Of a DNA stretch of 64,000 nt, positions 40,884 to 51,489 are shown in pieces; position 1 is the stretch's first letter; every line of letters begins with the position of its first letter. A program made the translations under genes and the position numbers. The DNA is taken from contig CBEUCH010000009.1 in the NCBI GenBank assembly GCA_965541585.1, positions 1-64,000 on the forward strand. Direction: 5' to 3'. The stretch comes from an uncultured bacterium (GTDB lineage: Bacteria > Zixibacteria > MSB-5A5 > UBA10806). The notes under the pieces were generated by a model. It was given only the letters and a program-made list of their open reading frames with translations, was not told the origin of the DNA and ran no database searches.

Positions 40884-41441
40884 CTAAAAATCCAGATCTA
40901 TATTATCAGCTTTCTCGAAATTGAATGAATAATCATAGCCGTATAGCTGTATGCCTTTTCCGGAGACCATGTAGTAATCCAATAGATACGGCTCACCGTT
41001 CTCCGGCTTGAAGCGGATGCTGTCGAAATGGAAATCGTATTTTCCCTTTTCTGTTATCTCTCCCGCTACCGGATCTTTGATTAAGAGCCAGTAATGGCGT
41101 TTGTCGAATCTCAAAACCGCCATGTTGGCCTGGTCGGCTCGCCTCACGCCCATCCAGGTTCCCACCGGTCTGCGCGGCATGGGAGCCCTCTCGATTTCGG
41201 GAGATTCCCCCGGAACCTTCGGGACTGAGGCGGTTTGATAATCTCTGGTCGAGGCCCCGATATCCTCCAGATCCTCCTGAATATATCCGGAGAAGAGCTT
41301 CTGCCGCTCGATCATCTCTTGCTTCTGCTTCTCGAGTTTCGGCATCACTTTATCGTAACCCCTGTCGGTTACATAATTCATGGCCGCTAAGACTATTATA
41401 AAGGACGCCATCGACGCTATTAATATCCTGGGATTAAGCAT
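40884..41441 (-). CDS. Hypothetical membrane-anchored protein
   Basis: RBS AGGAG, N-terminal TM, aromatic-rich beta C-terminal domain. Confidence 0.65.
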   Translation of the reverse strand: MLNPRILIASMASFIIVLAAMNYVTDRGYDKVMPKLEKQKQEMIERQKLFSGYIQEDLEDIGASTRDYQTASVPKVPGESPEIERAPMPRRPVGTWMGVRRADQANMAVLRFDKRHYWLLIKDPVAGEITEKGKYDFHFDSIRFKPENGEPYLLDYYMVSGKGIQLYGYDYSFNFEKADNIDLDF

Positions 41442-41541
41442 ATTACTCTCCTGTATAGCTCTTTCTATATATATATATCGGTTTCCTGATATGGAAGGTT
41501 GAATTATAGGGTGTTTCGGCCAACTGGGACCGGACGGCGAT

Positions 41542-41829
41542 TTATCCCGGAATGCTAATGCTTTTTGCCATAATCAGTTCGGCGTCGCTGGGAAGCCTTA
41601 GAGGCTCCGCTGATTTGGTGAAAAAAGCCAGCCCCTTATGGCTTGAGATATATTTGTAGCTTGGTGACCAGAAACTCTTTAGTTTCATCACCACCAGCGG
41701 TTTTTCGGCCCTTCCGATGATTGTCAAAAAATCGCCGTTTTCCACCCGGACTATAGCCCCGGAGGCCTTTATGGCGTTGGCTATGGCTGCCGCAGCCGCG
41801 GCCCCTGCAATTACTGCCCCGTTGCTCAT
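41542..41829 (-). CDS. Hypothetical protein with Ala-rich N-terminus
   Basis: RBS GGAGGTGA before ATG 41829; AAAAAAIANAIKASGAIV. Confidence 0.7.
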   Translation of the reverse strand: MSNGAVIAGAAAAAAIANAIKASGAIVRVENGDFLTIIGRAEKPLVVMKLKSFWSPSYKYISSHKGLAFFTKSAEPLRLPSDAELIMAKSISIPG

Positions 41830-42014
41830 TCTGCTCACCTCCCGTAAGTACTCTTTTCGTATAATAATAACCGCAAAAATAGCAATTATTCAAGCGATTT
41901 GACCGGGCAAATTATTGCCTTTCAAGCAATTTCCGGAAACGAGCGGTTATCCCCGGCGCGGCAGATTTTCTATTCTTTATTTCCCTGTTTTTATTATATT
42001 ATCACTGCAGGGTA

Positions 42015-43601
42015 GTGCTGAATATGAAACAGAAAAAAACATCGTCCGGAATATCTACAAAGCGCATCTACAATAAATCTGATTCTGAAAATCGTGTGCA
42101 TCCGGAAGCCGATTCCGGCCAATATCCATTCACGCGGGGCATTTATCCCGAAATGTACCGTCAGAGGCTCTGGACCATGCGCCAGTATGCAGGCTATGGG
42201 ACGGCTAGGCAATCCAATGAACGTTATCGCTACCTGCTCTCGCAGGGTCAGACAGGCCTTTCAGTGGCCTTCGATCTGCCGACACAGATCGGCTACGATT
42301 CCGATCACGCGCTGGCCGCCGGGGAGGTCGGCAAAACAGGCGTGGCAATAGATTCGCTCGCTGATATGGAGATCCTGCTCGATAAGATTCCCTTAGATCA
42401 GGTCTCGACATCCATGACCATCAATGCCACCGCTTTTGTTCTCCTGGCACTGTACATTGCCGTTGCCAAAAAGCAGAATGTCCCCCTGGGCAAATTAAAG
42501 GGGACTATTCAGAACGATATTCTCAAGGAATATATTGCGCGCGGGACCTATATCTTCCCGCCCGAACCATCGCTTCGGCTCGTTACGGACATATTCAGAT
42601 TTTGTCAGGGCAGCATGCCGAACTGGAATACAATTTCAATTTCCGGTTATCATATCCGCGAGGCAGGGTCGACCGCCGCCCAGGAAGCGGCATTCACCCT
42701 TGCTGACGGTATCTGCTATGTGGAGCATGCTCTTAAGGCCGGTCTGGATATAGATGATTTCGCGCCCAGAGTTTCTTTCTTTTTCAATGCTCACAACGAT
42801 CTTTTCGAGGAGGTGGCAAAGTTCCGAGCCGCTCGATATGTCTGGGCCAAGATCATCAGGGAACGGTTCAAGGCCAGAGATGATCGTTCCTGTATGCTGC
42901 GTTTTCATACACAGACAGCGGGATCGACACTGACTGCACAACAACCCGAAAACAATATCGCCCGCGTCACTATCCAGGCTTTAGCCGCGGTTCTGGGCGG
43001 AACGCAGTCTTTGCATACCAATTCGATGGATGAGGCGCTGGCCTTACCCTCTGAAAAAAGCGCAACCATCGCCCTGCGCACTCAACAGATAATAGCGCAT
43101 GAGTCCATGGTCGGCGCTACAGTCGATCCTTTGGGCGGATCATATTATATTGAATATTTGACATCTGAGATGATAAAGAAAATCGAGGACTACCTCAGTG
43201 AGATTGATAAAATCGGCGGGGCGCTCAAGGCTGTCGAACAGGGGTATTTCCAGTTGGAAATACAGAAGGCCGCTTACGAATATCAGAAGGATGTCGAAAC
43301 GAAACGGCGAATAGTCGTTGGCGTTAACGATTTCACCGGAGAATCTGAGGATCCGCAAAACGTGCTCAAGGTGGACCCGCAACTGGAAAAAAGTCAGATC
43401 GGATTCACAAATTCAGTCAGAGAGAAAAGAGATTCTGTGCTGGCGGATAATCGGCTGAAAGAATTAAGAGAGGCGGCGCATTCGGAACAGAATATTATTC
43501 CCCTCGTAGTTAAATGTGTGGAGTCCATGGTAACACTGGGCGAGATCTGTGCAGTGCTTCGCGAGGTATGGGGCGAATATAAGGAGAACGTCGTATTATG
43601 A
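42015..43601 (+). CDS. Methylmalonyl-CoA mutase, large (substrate-binding) subunit of a split enzyme
   Basis: [14 protein letters not shown] (Tyr = methylmalonyl-CoA specificity), [18 protein letters not shown]; no B12-binding domain. Confidence 0.93.
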   Translation: MLNMKQKKTSSGISTKRIYNKSDSENRVHPEADSGQYPFTRGIYPEMYRQRLWTMRQYAGYGTARQSNERYRYLLSQGQTGLSVAFDLPTQIGYDSDHALAAGEVGKTGVAIDSLADMEILLDKIPLDQVSTSMTINATAFVLLALYIAVAKKQNVPLGKLKGTIQNDILKEYIARGTYIFPPEPSLRLVTDIFRFCQGSMPNWNTISISGYHIREAGSTAAQEAAFTLADGICYVEHALKAGLDIDDFAPRVSFFFNAHNDLFEEVAKFRAARYVWAKIIRERFKARDDRSCMLRFHTQTAGSTLTAQQPENNIARVTIQALAAVLGGTQSLHTNSMDEALALPSEKSATIALRTQQIIAHESMVGATVDPLGGSYYIEYLTSEMIKKIEDYLSEIDKIGGALKAVEQGYFQLEIQKAAYEYQKDVETKRRIVVGVNDFTGESEDPQNVLKVDPQLEKSQIGFTNSVREKRDSVLADNRLKELREAAHSEQNIIPLVVKCVESMVTLGEICAVLREVWGEYKENVVL

Positions 43602-44011
43602 AGATACTCGGCCTGCATCATATAGGTATCGCCGTCGATGATCTAAAAAATTATTCATCGATCTTCGAAAAACTGTTTGGTCTGAAAACCGGGCCGGTGG
43701 AAACCAATCCGGAAAACCGGGCCAGCCTTTCATTTCTCGATATTCAAAACAGCAAGCTGGAGTTTATTGAACCCGTGGATGATGATTCTTCGATCGCCGG
43801 ATTCCTTTCGAAGCGCGGGCCGGGGATTCATCATCTCTGCCTTTTAGTTGATGATATTCAGGCAGCTATCGATGAGATGAAATCAAAGAATGTTAAGATG
43901 ATCGATGACAAGCCGCGCCAGGGTGCGGGCGGTTCTCTTATAGCATTTATCCATCCCGAATCAACCGGAGGGATATTGATAGAACTAAAACAGGAAAAAA
44001 CGGGGCATTAA
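43598..44011 (+). CDS. mce: Methylmalonyl-CoA epimerase
   Basis: [24 protein letters not shown]; coupled to the mutase. Confidence 0.92.
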   Translation: MKILGLHHIGIAVDDLKNYSSIFEKLFGLKTGPVETNPENRASLSFLDIQNSKLEFIEPVDDDSSIAGFLSKRGPGIHHLCLLVDDIQAAIDEMKSKNVKMIDDKPRQGAGGSLIAFIHPESTGGILIELKQEKTGH

Positions 44012-44028
44012 TCTTCAGGAGTAAAATC

Positions 44029-45525
44029 ATGAAAGATCTCTTAGTCTTTTTAATAGCGCTATCGATAGCGTCTATGGCCATTGCAGCGCCGATAGAAAAT
44101 GTAACGTCATCGGCCCTGATGCCGGGGGATGAGATCCTTTTCAACCTCGATTTCTTAGATCCATTCGGTCTGCCGATCTTCGATGTCTCCATCCAGGCCC
44201 GGATCAGCAACTTCCCTGAAATCCATTCGATCCCACTGGAGCATCTCGACTTTCCGCCTTATTATTTGAATACCTACGAAGGCAGTTGGATTTTCGAGGA
44301 ACCGGTAAGCGTAATCGAGTATTACGGCCGCGTGGAAGCTGAAACACTGGTCATAACCCAGTCGTTCCGGAATACCGGCAATCAGTTTCCGCCCGAGATG
44401 ATGCTGTATGCGGATCTGGCCGAGGAAGCAGTAGACGATACGTTACCCGGAACTCCAGGCTCATGGCTCGATCTTTCGGGTGCCGCAATCACTTATTCCG
44501 AGGATAGGATCTTTGCGCGCCTCGATAATGTGGATGGTGGCTGGCCCACCGACGACGGCTTTCTGGAATTCTATATTTACGCGTTTGCTCTCTATAATCC
44601 GGACAACGTCGGACTTTCGGCAACCGCCATGGTTTATGCCAATGTCCCTTTTTTCCTTCCCGATCCCGGCCTGTATCATGTAGATCTTCAGGATACCACG
44701 TTTGAGAGAATAGGGGACATTTGGGTTACTCCCCAGGGTAGAAACCTTCATATGTCATGCGCGATCGAAGATCTCCTGGCCGATCCCGATTGGGATGCCT
44801 GGCCTCCGGAATCAGGGTTCGCTCTGGTAGGAGGCCTGACTATCACCGTAAGCCTGTTTGAACCTTTCCTGAGCGATTACACATATCCGGGAGCTTTCGT
44901 TCCGATGACTCAATTTCTCGATCTCTATGAAAACCAGATCCCGGATTTGAACGTGTCGATTTCCGTTGAGCCTGACTTTTCCGTGACTGCGAATGCGCTT
45001 TATTTCGACCAGGATAATAATTTGCCGGTGGAAAAATATCTCTTCTTCGACTGGGGTTTTTACGAGATGGGCTCTTATGTTCATCAATATGACGGGGATG
45101 AAGCGAATTTCGAACATATTCTGCCGCCTCAGATTGAGGGCTGGCATTATTACCACTTTAGTTTCTCCGACGGGGACGAGGTCGTTGAGACGCCCATGGA
45201 CTCCGTTTACATTTCTCAAACCGGAATCGAGGAGCCTCATATCCCGCTGGAATTCTCGTTGCACCAGAATTACCCCAATCCTTTCAACTCCTCCACAAAT
45301 ATCAGTTTCACGCTCCCGGAGGCGGGACATGTTAAACTTGATATCTATGATATTGCCGGGCGGCTTGTGAATACGCTGGTCAATGCTGAGATCGATGCTG
45401 GCCGGCAAACCGTGATCTGGGACGGCACCGATCAATCGGGTCGGCCGGTGTCATCGGGGATCTATTTTTATACTATGCGCTCCGGCAACGATTTAAAATC
45501 GCACCGCATGCTGCTTCTCAAATAG
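44029..45525 (+). CDS. Secreted acidic protein with C-terminal Por/T9SS type-A-like sorting / FlgD Ig domain
   Basis: Signal peptide; FSLHQNYPNPFN...IYDIAGRLV...WDG...SSGIYFY...MLLLK C-terminus. Confidence 0.85.
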   Translation: MKDLLVFLIALSIASMAIAAPIENVTSSALMPGDEILFNLDFLDPFGLPIFDVSIQARISNFPEIHSIPLEHLDFPPYYLNTYEGSWIFEEPVSVIEYYGRVEAETLVITQSFRNTGNQFPPEMMLYADLAEEAVDDTLPGTPGSWLDLSGAAITYSEDRIFARLDNVDGGWPTDDGFLEFYIYAFALYNPDNVGLSATAMVYANVPFFLPDPGLYHVDLQDTTFERIGDIWVTPQGRNLHMSCAIEDLLADPDWDAWPPESGFALVGGLTITVSLFEPFLSDYTYPGAFVPMTQFLDLYENQIPDLNVSISVEPDFSVTANALYFDQDNNLPVEKYLFFDWGFYEMGSYVHQYDGDEANFEHILPPQIEGWHYYHFSFSDGDEVVETPMDSVYISQTGIEEPHIPLEFSLHQNYPNPFNSSTNISFTLPEAGHVKLDIYDIAGRLVNTLVNAEIDAGRQTVIWDGTDQSGRPVSSGIYFYTMRSGNDLKSHRMLLLK

Positions 45526-45589
45526 CTTAAATTCGGACTTGACAAAAATATCAACTATTGCTAATAAAAGGTCTTCGGAGGATAATCTC

Positions 45590-46324
45590 TTGGGACCTTT
45601 GAAGGAAAAGACCGCATCATCAATTGGAGCGGATGAGTATTCCCGCCTCAGCGGGGAGTATTTCAACTCTCAGTATGCGGAGGAGGAGTTCTACTGGGGC
45701 GAGCAGCCGAATTTGCTGGTGCCGTTGGTAAGCAGCCACTTAGAGCCTGGCTCCCGGGTGCTTGTAATAGGCTGCGGAGAGGGGCGCGATGCGCTTTTTC
45801 TGGCGCGGTTCGGCTTCGACGTCATTGCTACAGATATCGCTTCTAATGGTCTCGAGAAGGCCGGACGCCTGGCCGAAGGAAATGGCTGCAAGCTTCAGCT
45901 TATAAATCTGGATGCCCACCGGTCGCATGACCATCTGGGCGTTTTCGACGGCCTTTTGTCTATGAATGTCATACAACTCTTGAATCCTGACATGATAACA
46001 GGGCGGTTAGCATACTTTCAATCGCGGGTTAGATCGGGTGGAATAGTCGCCATTCAAGTCTTTACCGTTGACGATCCCAATTACCAGGATTGGCTGAAAT
46101 CCGGAATTCCACCGAGAGGATCACTGACCTTTGAGCACCCGACGCGCGGGTATCCTATCAGATTTTTCGCAAAAGGAGAACTGGCATCTCATTTTGAAGG
46201 CTGGGAGTTTATTCATTATTACGAGGGCTTATTGTGGGATAAGCCTCACGGCATCCAGAGCGGTTTCCACCAGCATGGGTTTGCGCAGATCATCGCCAGG
46301 AAAAAATCGGATACCTGGTCATAG
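45590..46324 (+). CDS. Class I SAM-dependent methyltransferase (TehB-like)
   Basis: VIGCGEGRDALFLA, VIATD; His-rich C-terminus; start placed at TTG 45590 after GGAGG. Confidence 0.8.
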   Translation: MGPLKEKTASSIGADEYSRLSGEYFNSQYAEEEFYWGEQPNLLVPLVSSHLEPGSRVLVIGCGEGRDALFLARFGFDVIATDIASNGLEKAGRLAEGNGCKLQLINLDAHRSHDHLGVFDGLLSMNVIQLLNPDMITGRLAYFQSRVRSGGIVAIQVFTVDDPNYQDWLKSGIPPRGSLTFEHPTRGYPIRFFAKGELASHFEGWEFIHYYEGLLWDKPHGIQSGFHQHGFAQIIARKKSDTWS

Positions 46325-46448
46325 GTTAAACATTTCAAATCTCTGAATTGATAGACTTATATTTCTTTTCATAAGAAGGAACTTATAGATACCTGGCGCG
46401 ATTAGAGTTTTAGGAGACTCGCAAGGAGGTCACGGTTGAAAGGGAGTC

Positions 46449-46775
46449 ATGTTTTTAAAGAGGCTTTTCGAACCATACAGGATTGAGATCGTCGAGGAAA
46501 GCAACCTCGGTTCCGGCCTGTCAAGGGCAGTCTATACTATTAAAGGTCTCCCATGCTTTATATGAGCCGGTTTGACCGGCTCCGGTCTGGAGCGGCAACC
46601 GGGAGTCAGGGAGGCCGAAATCTCTGATGATATGGCGGTTATTATCTTCGCTCCCGGAGAAACCAGTATCGATCGAATTTCTAATTATCTATCAAAATTC
46701 GGAGTCAAGGGAAAATTGAATATGACCTTGGAGCGCTTATATCGATTATTCCGGCCACATAAGAATCATAAATGA
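46449..46775 (+). CDS. HMA (CopZ/MerP-like) selenoprotein with CxxU motif, 108 aa, UGA at 46563-46565 read as Sec
   Basis: YTIKGLPCFI[UGA]AGLTGSGLERQPGVREAEIS...IDRISNYLSKFG fits the HMA pattern across the UGA; SECIS-like hairpin follows. Confidence 0.8.
46567..46602 (+). promoter_or_regulatory. Bacterial SECIS-like stem-loop
   Basis: CCGGU-U-UG-A-CC-G-GCUCC-(GGUCU)-GGAGC-GG-CA-ACCGG; G-starting apical loop 18 nt after the UGA. Confidence 0.7.
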
Positions 46776-46790
46776 AATCGTTTTATTAAA

Positions 46791-47303
46791 TTATTTTGCA
46801 GGTGTAAGTTTAATAATCGGCTGACCAGGCTTTACCAGATCGCCCGGCCCGAAGTGAATGGATTTCACCTCCCCGTCGGTGGGCGATTTTATTTCGTTTT
46901 CCATCTTCATCGATTCCACAATCACCAGAGATTGTTTAGCCCTGACTTTTTCCCCTTGCTTTACCAGTACCTTGACCACCTTGCCGGGCATCGGAGTGCT
47001 GATTTCGTCCCCGGACACAAACTCCACGGCGGCTCCGGCGAAACTGTTCCTGTCGTCTTTTACCTTATCCAGCTTCACCGCCCGGCCACCGATATGGACA
47101 TAAAGGCTACTCTCGGATTCCGCTATGTAGGCGATAATGTTTTTGCCGTTGAATAGAATCGAGAAGCAATTCGGCGAAACGAGGGTAGCATTAAATCGAT
47201 ATTCCTTTTCTCCGGATGAGAATATAAAGCTATCGTCCTTGCCTTCATCTGCCTGGAAATTGATAGTATGTATGTTCCCGTTATGCGAAAACTCGAATTC
47301 CAT
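46791..47303 (-). CDS. Biotin carboxyl carrier subunit of a split methylcrotonyl-CoA carboxylase alpha chain
   Basis: ESMKME motif; operon context. Confidence 0.88.
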   Translation of the reverse strand: MEFEFSHNGNIHTINFQADEGKDDSFIFSSGEKEYRFNATLVSPNCFSILFNGKNIIAYIAESESSLYVHIGGRAVKLDKVKDDRNSFAGAAVEFVSGDEISTPMPGKVVKVLVKQGEKVRAKQSLVIVESMKMENEIKSPTDGEVKSIHFGPGDLVKPGQPIIKLTPAK

Positions 47304-47334
47304 CGTTAATTAATCCCGGATTATCGTGTTGATG

Positions 47335-48834
47335 TTACCCGCCTGCAATCTGCCAATCGCCCAGAGTTTGCCAAGGAGATGACATTTCCTCGGCTCTCGA
47401 TAGCGATACAGCCTTTCTGTCATTCGTGCCTGAATAAACGGCCGCCGCCATCAGAGCCTGGTTCACGATCTCTTCCCCTGAAGACGGTTTCCAGTCGGGC
47501 ATATGTTTTTGCAGAAAATCTGTATGAGTATTACCGGCTAAAAATTCCTTATGGTTTATAATATCCCTGAGAATTTCGATATCGGTCTTTATACCCAGGA
47601 TGGGAAAATCATTTAAAGCAGTAATCATTCTGCGGCAGCAAATGTCTCTGGTGGGCGCCCAGGCTATCAGCTTGGAGAGTATCGGGTCATAGAAGACTGA
47701 TACCTCGCAGCCCGTGAAAATGCCGCTATCATGGCGGATCCCCGGCCCCGACGGTTCCTTCATGAATAGTATCCTGCCGGCCGACGGTAGAAAATTGTTT
47801 TCGGGATCCTCGGCATAGATGCGGCATTCGATGGCATGGCCCTTCTGGCTGATCTCATCCCGGGAAAGCCAGAGCTTTTCTCCCGAGGCTATCCGCAATT
47901 GCGCATGAACCAGATCGACACCGCAAACCAGCTCGGTAACCGGATGCTCTACCTGCAGACGAGCGTTGACCTCCAGAAAGTAGAAATTCTTATTCTCATC
48001 CAACAGGAATTCGACCGTACCGGCGTTCGAATATCCCGATAGCTCGACAACCTTCAGAGCCGTTTCGCCCATTCTTTTTCTCAATTCGTCATCGAGAGCG
48101 GTGGACGGGCTTTCCTCGACTATCTTCTGATGCCTTCTCTGTATCGAACATTCTCTCTCAAAAAGATGAACAGAATTTCCGTGTTTGTCCGCCAGAATCT
48201 GAAATTCGACATGCCGGGGCCGTTCGATATATTTTTCGAGATATATGGATGGATCGCCGAATGCGGCTTTGGCCTCACGCATACCGGCCTCAACTGCGTT
48301 TATCAGTTTGCTCTTCGAGTTTATGACCCGCATTCCCTTGCCGCCGCCGCCTGCCGATGCTTTCAGCAATACCGGAAATCCGATTTTTTGCGCCTCGGCC
48401 AGGCATTCGTTCGGATCGGTGCTTTTCTTCTTCATGCCCGGAATTAGCGGGATACCGGCCTTTCCGGTGATCGCCCGGGAGGCAACTTTATCCCCCACCA
48501 GTTTCAGGGCCCTTGAGTCGGGGCCGACGAAGACGATGCCTTCCTTTTCGCAGCGCTCGGCAAAACGATAATTCTCTGCAAGAAAGCCATATCCGGGGTG
48601 TATAGCTTCCGCCCCGGTTTCTTTAGCAGCCGCAATAACGGCATCAAAATTCAAATAGCTATCCTGGGGTGGCGCCTCGCCTATGCAGACCGCCTCGTCT
48701 GCCATCTGAACATGCAAGGAGTTTCTGTCTATGGTAGAATAAACGGCAACGGAATCGATTCCCAATTCTCTGCAGGCACGTATTATTCTAACGGCTATTT
48801 CGCCGCGATTAGCTATCAGGACTTTCTTGAACAT
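47335..48834 (-). CDS. Biotin carboxylase (methylcrotonyl-CoA carboxylase alpha, LiuD/MccA-like)
   Basis: ANRGEIA, HPGYGFLAEN, ERECSIQRRHQK; operon with MccB. Confidence 0.88.
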   Translation of the reverse strand: MFKKVLIANRGEIAVRIIRACRELGIDSVAVYSTIDRNSLHVQMADEAVCIGEAPPQDSYLNFDAVIAAAKETGAEAIHPGYGFLAENYRFAERCEKEGIVFVGPDSRALKLVGDKVASRAITGKAGIPLIPGMKKKSTDPNECLAEAQKIGFPVLLKASAGGGGKGMRVINSKSKLINAVEAGMREAKAAFGDPSIYLEKYIERPRHVEFQILADKHGNSVHLFERECSIQRRHQKIVEESPSTALDDELRKRMGETALKVVELSGYSNAGTVEFLLDENKNFYFLEVNARLQVEHPVTELVCGVDLVHAQLRIASGEKLWLSRDEISQKGHAIECRIYAEDPENNFLPSAGRILFMKEPSGPGIRHDSGIFTGCEVSVFYDPILSKLIAWAPTRDICCRRMITALNDFPILGIKTDIEILRDIINHKEFLAGNTHTDFLQKHMPDWKPSSGEEIVNQALMAAAVYSGTNDRKAVSLSRAEEMSSPWQTLGDWQIAGG

Positions 48835-48897
48835 TTTTTAAAGAATCTTTCTGTCCGCCGGGTCTCCGTACCTGTTGGTAAAGTCACGTTTCTTAGT

Positions 48898-49025
48898 TGT
48901 CGGCAGACCCCGCGTTTCGCGGGGCGGACCTACATTTTCGCCAGTTTATTTGTCAGGTTTTTCTCTCGCTTCGCTCATTCGGAACCCGACCTACATTTTG
49001 TCCGCGAGTCAGGGCTTGCCCTGAC
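48898..49025 (-). repeat. Cluster of GTAGGTC-type REP-like hairpins inside the operon
   Basis: Minus-strand TGTAGGTCCGCCCCGCG-AAA-CGCGGGGTCTGCCGACA (48898-48934), TGTAGGTCGGGTT...AACCTGACA (48951-48995), and GTCAGGGC-TT-GCCCTGAC (49008-49025). Confidence 0.7.
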
Positions 49026-49033
49026 CGCCTTTA

Positions 49034-49831
49034 TCAATCCTCATACCAATTAGGTTTACGTTTTTCAAAAAAGGCTTTTATCCCTTCCTGGCCCTCGTCG
49101 CCCATTCTAAGTTTGGCTATGATCTCGGCAGTGTAATTTCCGACCTCGGATTCGGGCATCGTGGGCACATTCAAAAGTAACTGTTTGCACCAGGATAAAG
49201 CTTTCGGGCCGCTGGATAATAACTGTTGCACTCTCGTTTCCACTGCTTCATCTAGCTTCCCATCGCGTACGACCTCGTTGACAAGACCGGCGGCTCTCGC
49301 TTTTTCAGCAGTAAGCCTCTCGCCCGTCAGAAAATACTCCCTGCAATTCTTATCTCCCATGCGCCGGATTATGTAGGGGGAGATACAGGCCGGAATAAGT
49401 CCCAGCTTGACCTCGCTCAAACTGAAAACGGCCTTTTCTGAGGCAATGACAAGATCGCAGACCGCCACCAGACCACAACCGCCACCGATGGCAGCGCCAT
49501 TGACTCGTGCAATCGTTGGCAGCGGACAGCTAAACATAAGATGAAACATATCCGCCAGATTTTTGGAGTCCTCCAGGTTTTCCTCATAAGTGTAATCGAG
49601 AACATCCTTCATCCAGTGCAGATCGGCGCCGGCGCAGAATGTTGATCCATCGCCAGTCAATACCACGACTCTCAGATCGTCTCGAGAGTTTATTTCCTTA
49701 AACAGATCCGCTAACTCGGATATCATAACATTGTTGAAGGCATTTCTCACATCCGGGCGGCTCAAGGTTATCCATGCGACCCGTTTTCGGATTTCTACCT
49801 TCAGGGTTTTATAATCGTTGGATAACGCCAT
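49034..49831 (-). CDS. Enoyl-CoA hydratase family, methylglutaconyl-CoA hydratase (LiuC-like)
   Basis: FCAGADL, AIGGGCGLVAVCD, SEVKLGLIPACISPY; adjacent to MccB. Confidence 0.85.
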   Translation of the reverse strand: MALSNDYKTLKVEIRKRVAWITLSRPDVRNAFNNVMISELADLFKEINSRDDLRVVVLTGDGSTFCAGADLHWMKDVLDYTYEENLEDSKNLADMFHLMFSCPLPTIARVNGAAIGGGCGLVAVCDLVIASEKAVFSLSEVKLGLIPACISPYIIRRMGDKNCREYFLTGERLTAEKARAAGLVNEVVRDGKLDEAVETRVQQLLSSGPKALSWCKQLLLNVPTMPESEVGNYTAEIIAKLRMGDEGQEGIKAFFEKRKPNWYED

Positions 49832-49852
49832 AACGCTTACTTGATTCCGAAC

Positions 49853-51460
49853 CTACATCCTGAATACGCCGTACCGCTGATCGGGGATGGGAGCGTTTAA
49901 CGATAATGAAATGGCCAGCCCCAGAACGGTGCGTGTGTCGAGCGGATCAATAATACCGTCGTCCCAGACCCGGGCCGTGCTGAAATAGGGAGAGCCCTCT
50001 TGTTCATATTTTTCCAGTATGGGAGCCAGAAACTCTTTTTCTTCGTTCTTCGTCATCGATTTACCATCGGCTTCGAGACCTTTCTTCTTTACCATTAGAA
50101 GGACGTTGGCTGCCTGCTCGCCTCCCATGACGCTTATTTTGGCGCTTGGCCACATCCAGAGGAAACGCGGCTCGTAGCCTCTGCCGCACATGGCATAATT
50201 CCCGGCGCCGTATGAGCCGCCGATTATAATCGTGAATTTCGGGACGTCGGCGTTAGCTACGGCATGCACCATCTTAGCGCCATTGCGAGCGATGCCACCA
50301 TGCTCATAATCCTTGCCGACGATAAAACCGGTGATGTTCTGCAGGAATAACAGGGGGATCTTTCTCATTGTGCAAAGCTCGATAAAATGTGCGCCTTTAA
50401 CAGCGCTTTCCGAAAATAAAACACCGTTATTGCCGAGTATTCCCACCAGGTAGCCCATGATGCGCGCGAAACCGCAGACTAACGTCTGCCCATAAAGTTC
50501 TTTGAATTCATGAAACTCACTGTTATCGACGATGCGGGCTATGATCTCCCTGATCTCAAACTGCTTTCTAATATCTCTCGAAACAATGCCGTAGAGTTCA
50601 GCCGGATCATACTTTGGGTCAACAGGCTCGTTTCGCCCGAGATCGAACTTTCGAGGCTTATCGAGACACTGAATGATATTCCTCGTTATCTGCAGCGCAT
50701 GCTTGTCGTTTTGTGCGTAATGATCGGCCACACCGGATATACGACAATGAACATCAGCTCCTCCGAGTTCCTCGGCAGTGACATCGGCACCGGTTGCCGC
50801 CTTGACCAGGGGAGGGCCACCGATAAAGATCGTTCCCTGTTTGCGTACTATAACCGCTTCGTCGCTCATGGCCGGGACATAGGCCCCTCCGGCCGTGCAT
50901 GACCCCATTACAACCGCTATCTGCGGAATGCCTTGGGCGGATAGTCGGGCTTGATTGTAAAAAATGCTTCCGAAATGCCCTTTATCGGGAAAGACGTCCT
51001 TCTGATGAGGCAGGAATACGCCTCCCGAATCAACCAGATAAACGCATGGCAGCCGATTCCGCAAGGCGATCTCCTGGGCCCGGGTATGCTTTTTGATTGT
51101 CATCGGGAGATAGGTTCCGCCCTTGACCGTGGCATCATTGGCCACCACCAGCACTTCTCTGCCATTAACCACTCCCACGCCTGTTATAACGCCGGCAGAG
51201 GGAGCCTCGTTGTCATACATATCGAGAGCCGCCAACCCGGAGAATTCCAGGAATGGCGTATTTTTGTCGAATAGGTTTTTTATTCTATCCCGGGTCAGGA
51301 GTTTATTTCTCTTAAGATGTTTCTGGCGCGCCTTCTCAGGCCCACCCTTATATATCTCGGCCAGGCGTTCCTTGAGTAAGGCAACCCCTTTTTCCATATG
51401 CTTGCTGTTTTTCCGGAACTCTTCGCTCTTGGTATCGACCGTCGACTCTATCTGAAACAC
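49853..51460 (-). CDS. mccB: 3-methylcrotonyl-CoA carboxylase beta (carboxyltransferase) subunit
   Basis: [43 protein letters not shown]-terminal YGVFRM. Confidence 0.9.
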   Translation of the reverse strand: MFQIESTVDTKSEEFRKNSKHMEKGVALLKERLAEIYKGGPEKARQKHLKRNKLLTRDRIKNLFDKNTPFLEFSGLAALDMYDNEAPSAGVITGVGVVNGREVLVVANDATVKGGTYLPMTIKKHTRAQEIALRNRLPCVYLVDSGGVFLPHQKDVFPDKGHFGSIFYNQARLSAQGIPQIAVVMGSCTAGGAYVPAMSDEAVIVRKQGTIFIGGPPLVKAATGADVTAEELGGADVHCRISGVADHYAQNDKHALQITRNIIQCLDKPRKFDLGRNEPVDPKYDPAELYGIVSRDIRKQFEIREIIARIVDNSEFHEFKELYGQTLVCGFARIMGYLVGILGNNGVLFSESAVKGAHFIELCTMRKIPLLFLQNITGFIVGKDYEHGGIARNGAKMVHAVANADVPKFTIIIGGSYGAGNYAMCGRGYEPRFLWMWPSAKISVMGGEQAANVLLMVKKKGLEADGKSMTKNEEKEFLAPILEKYEQEGSPYFSTARVWDDGIIDPLDTRTVLGLAISLSLNAPIPDQRYGVFRM

Positions 51461-51489
51461 AAAACGTCCCTGTTACGCAATACGATTAC

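Noticed and set aside
41466..41478. (TA)n run upstream of 41441 as a phase-variation tract
   Set aside because: Short, and no evidence of length variation from one sequence
42015..43601. Mutase as isobutyryl-CoA or pivalyl-CoA mutase
   Set aside because: The RQYAG motif keeps Tyr (isobutyryl-CoA mutases have Phe) and the epimerase gene is coupled, so methylmalonyl-CoA mutase is preferred
46325..46448. Riboswitch upstream of the selenoprotein gene
   Set aside because: Only a small GNRA-like hairpin; no known aptamer consensus recognised
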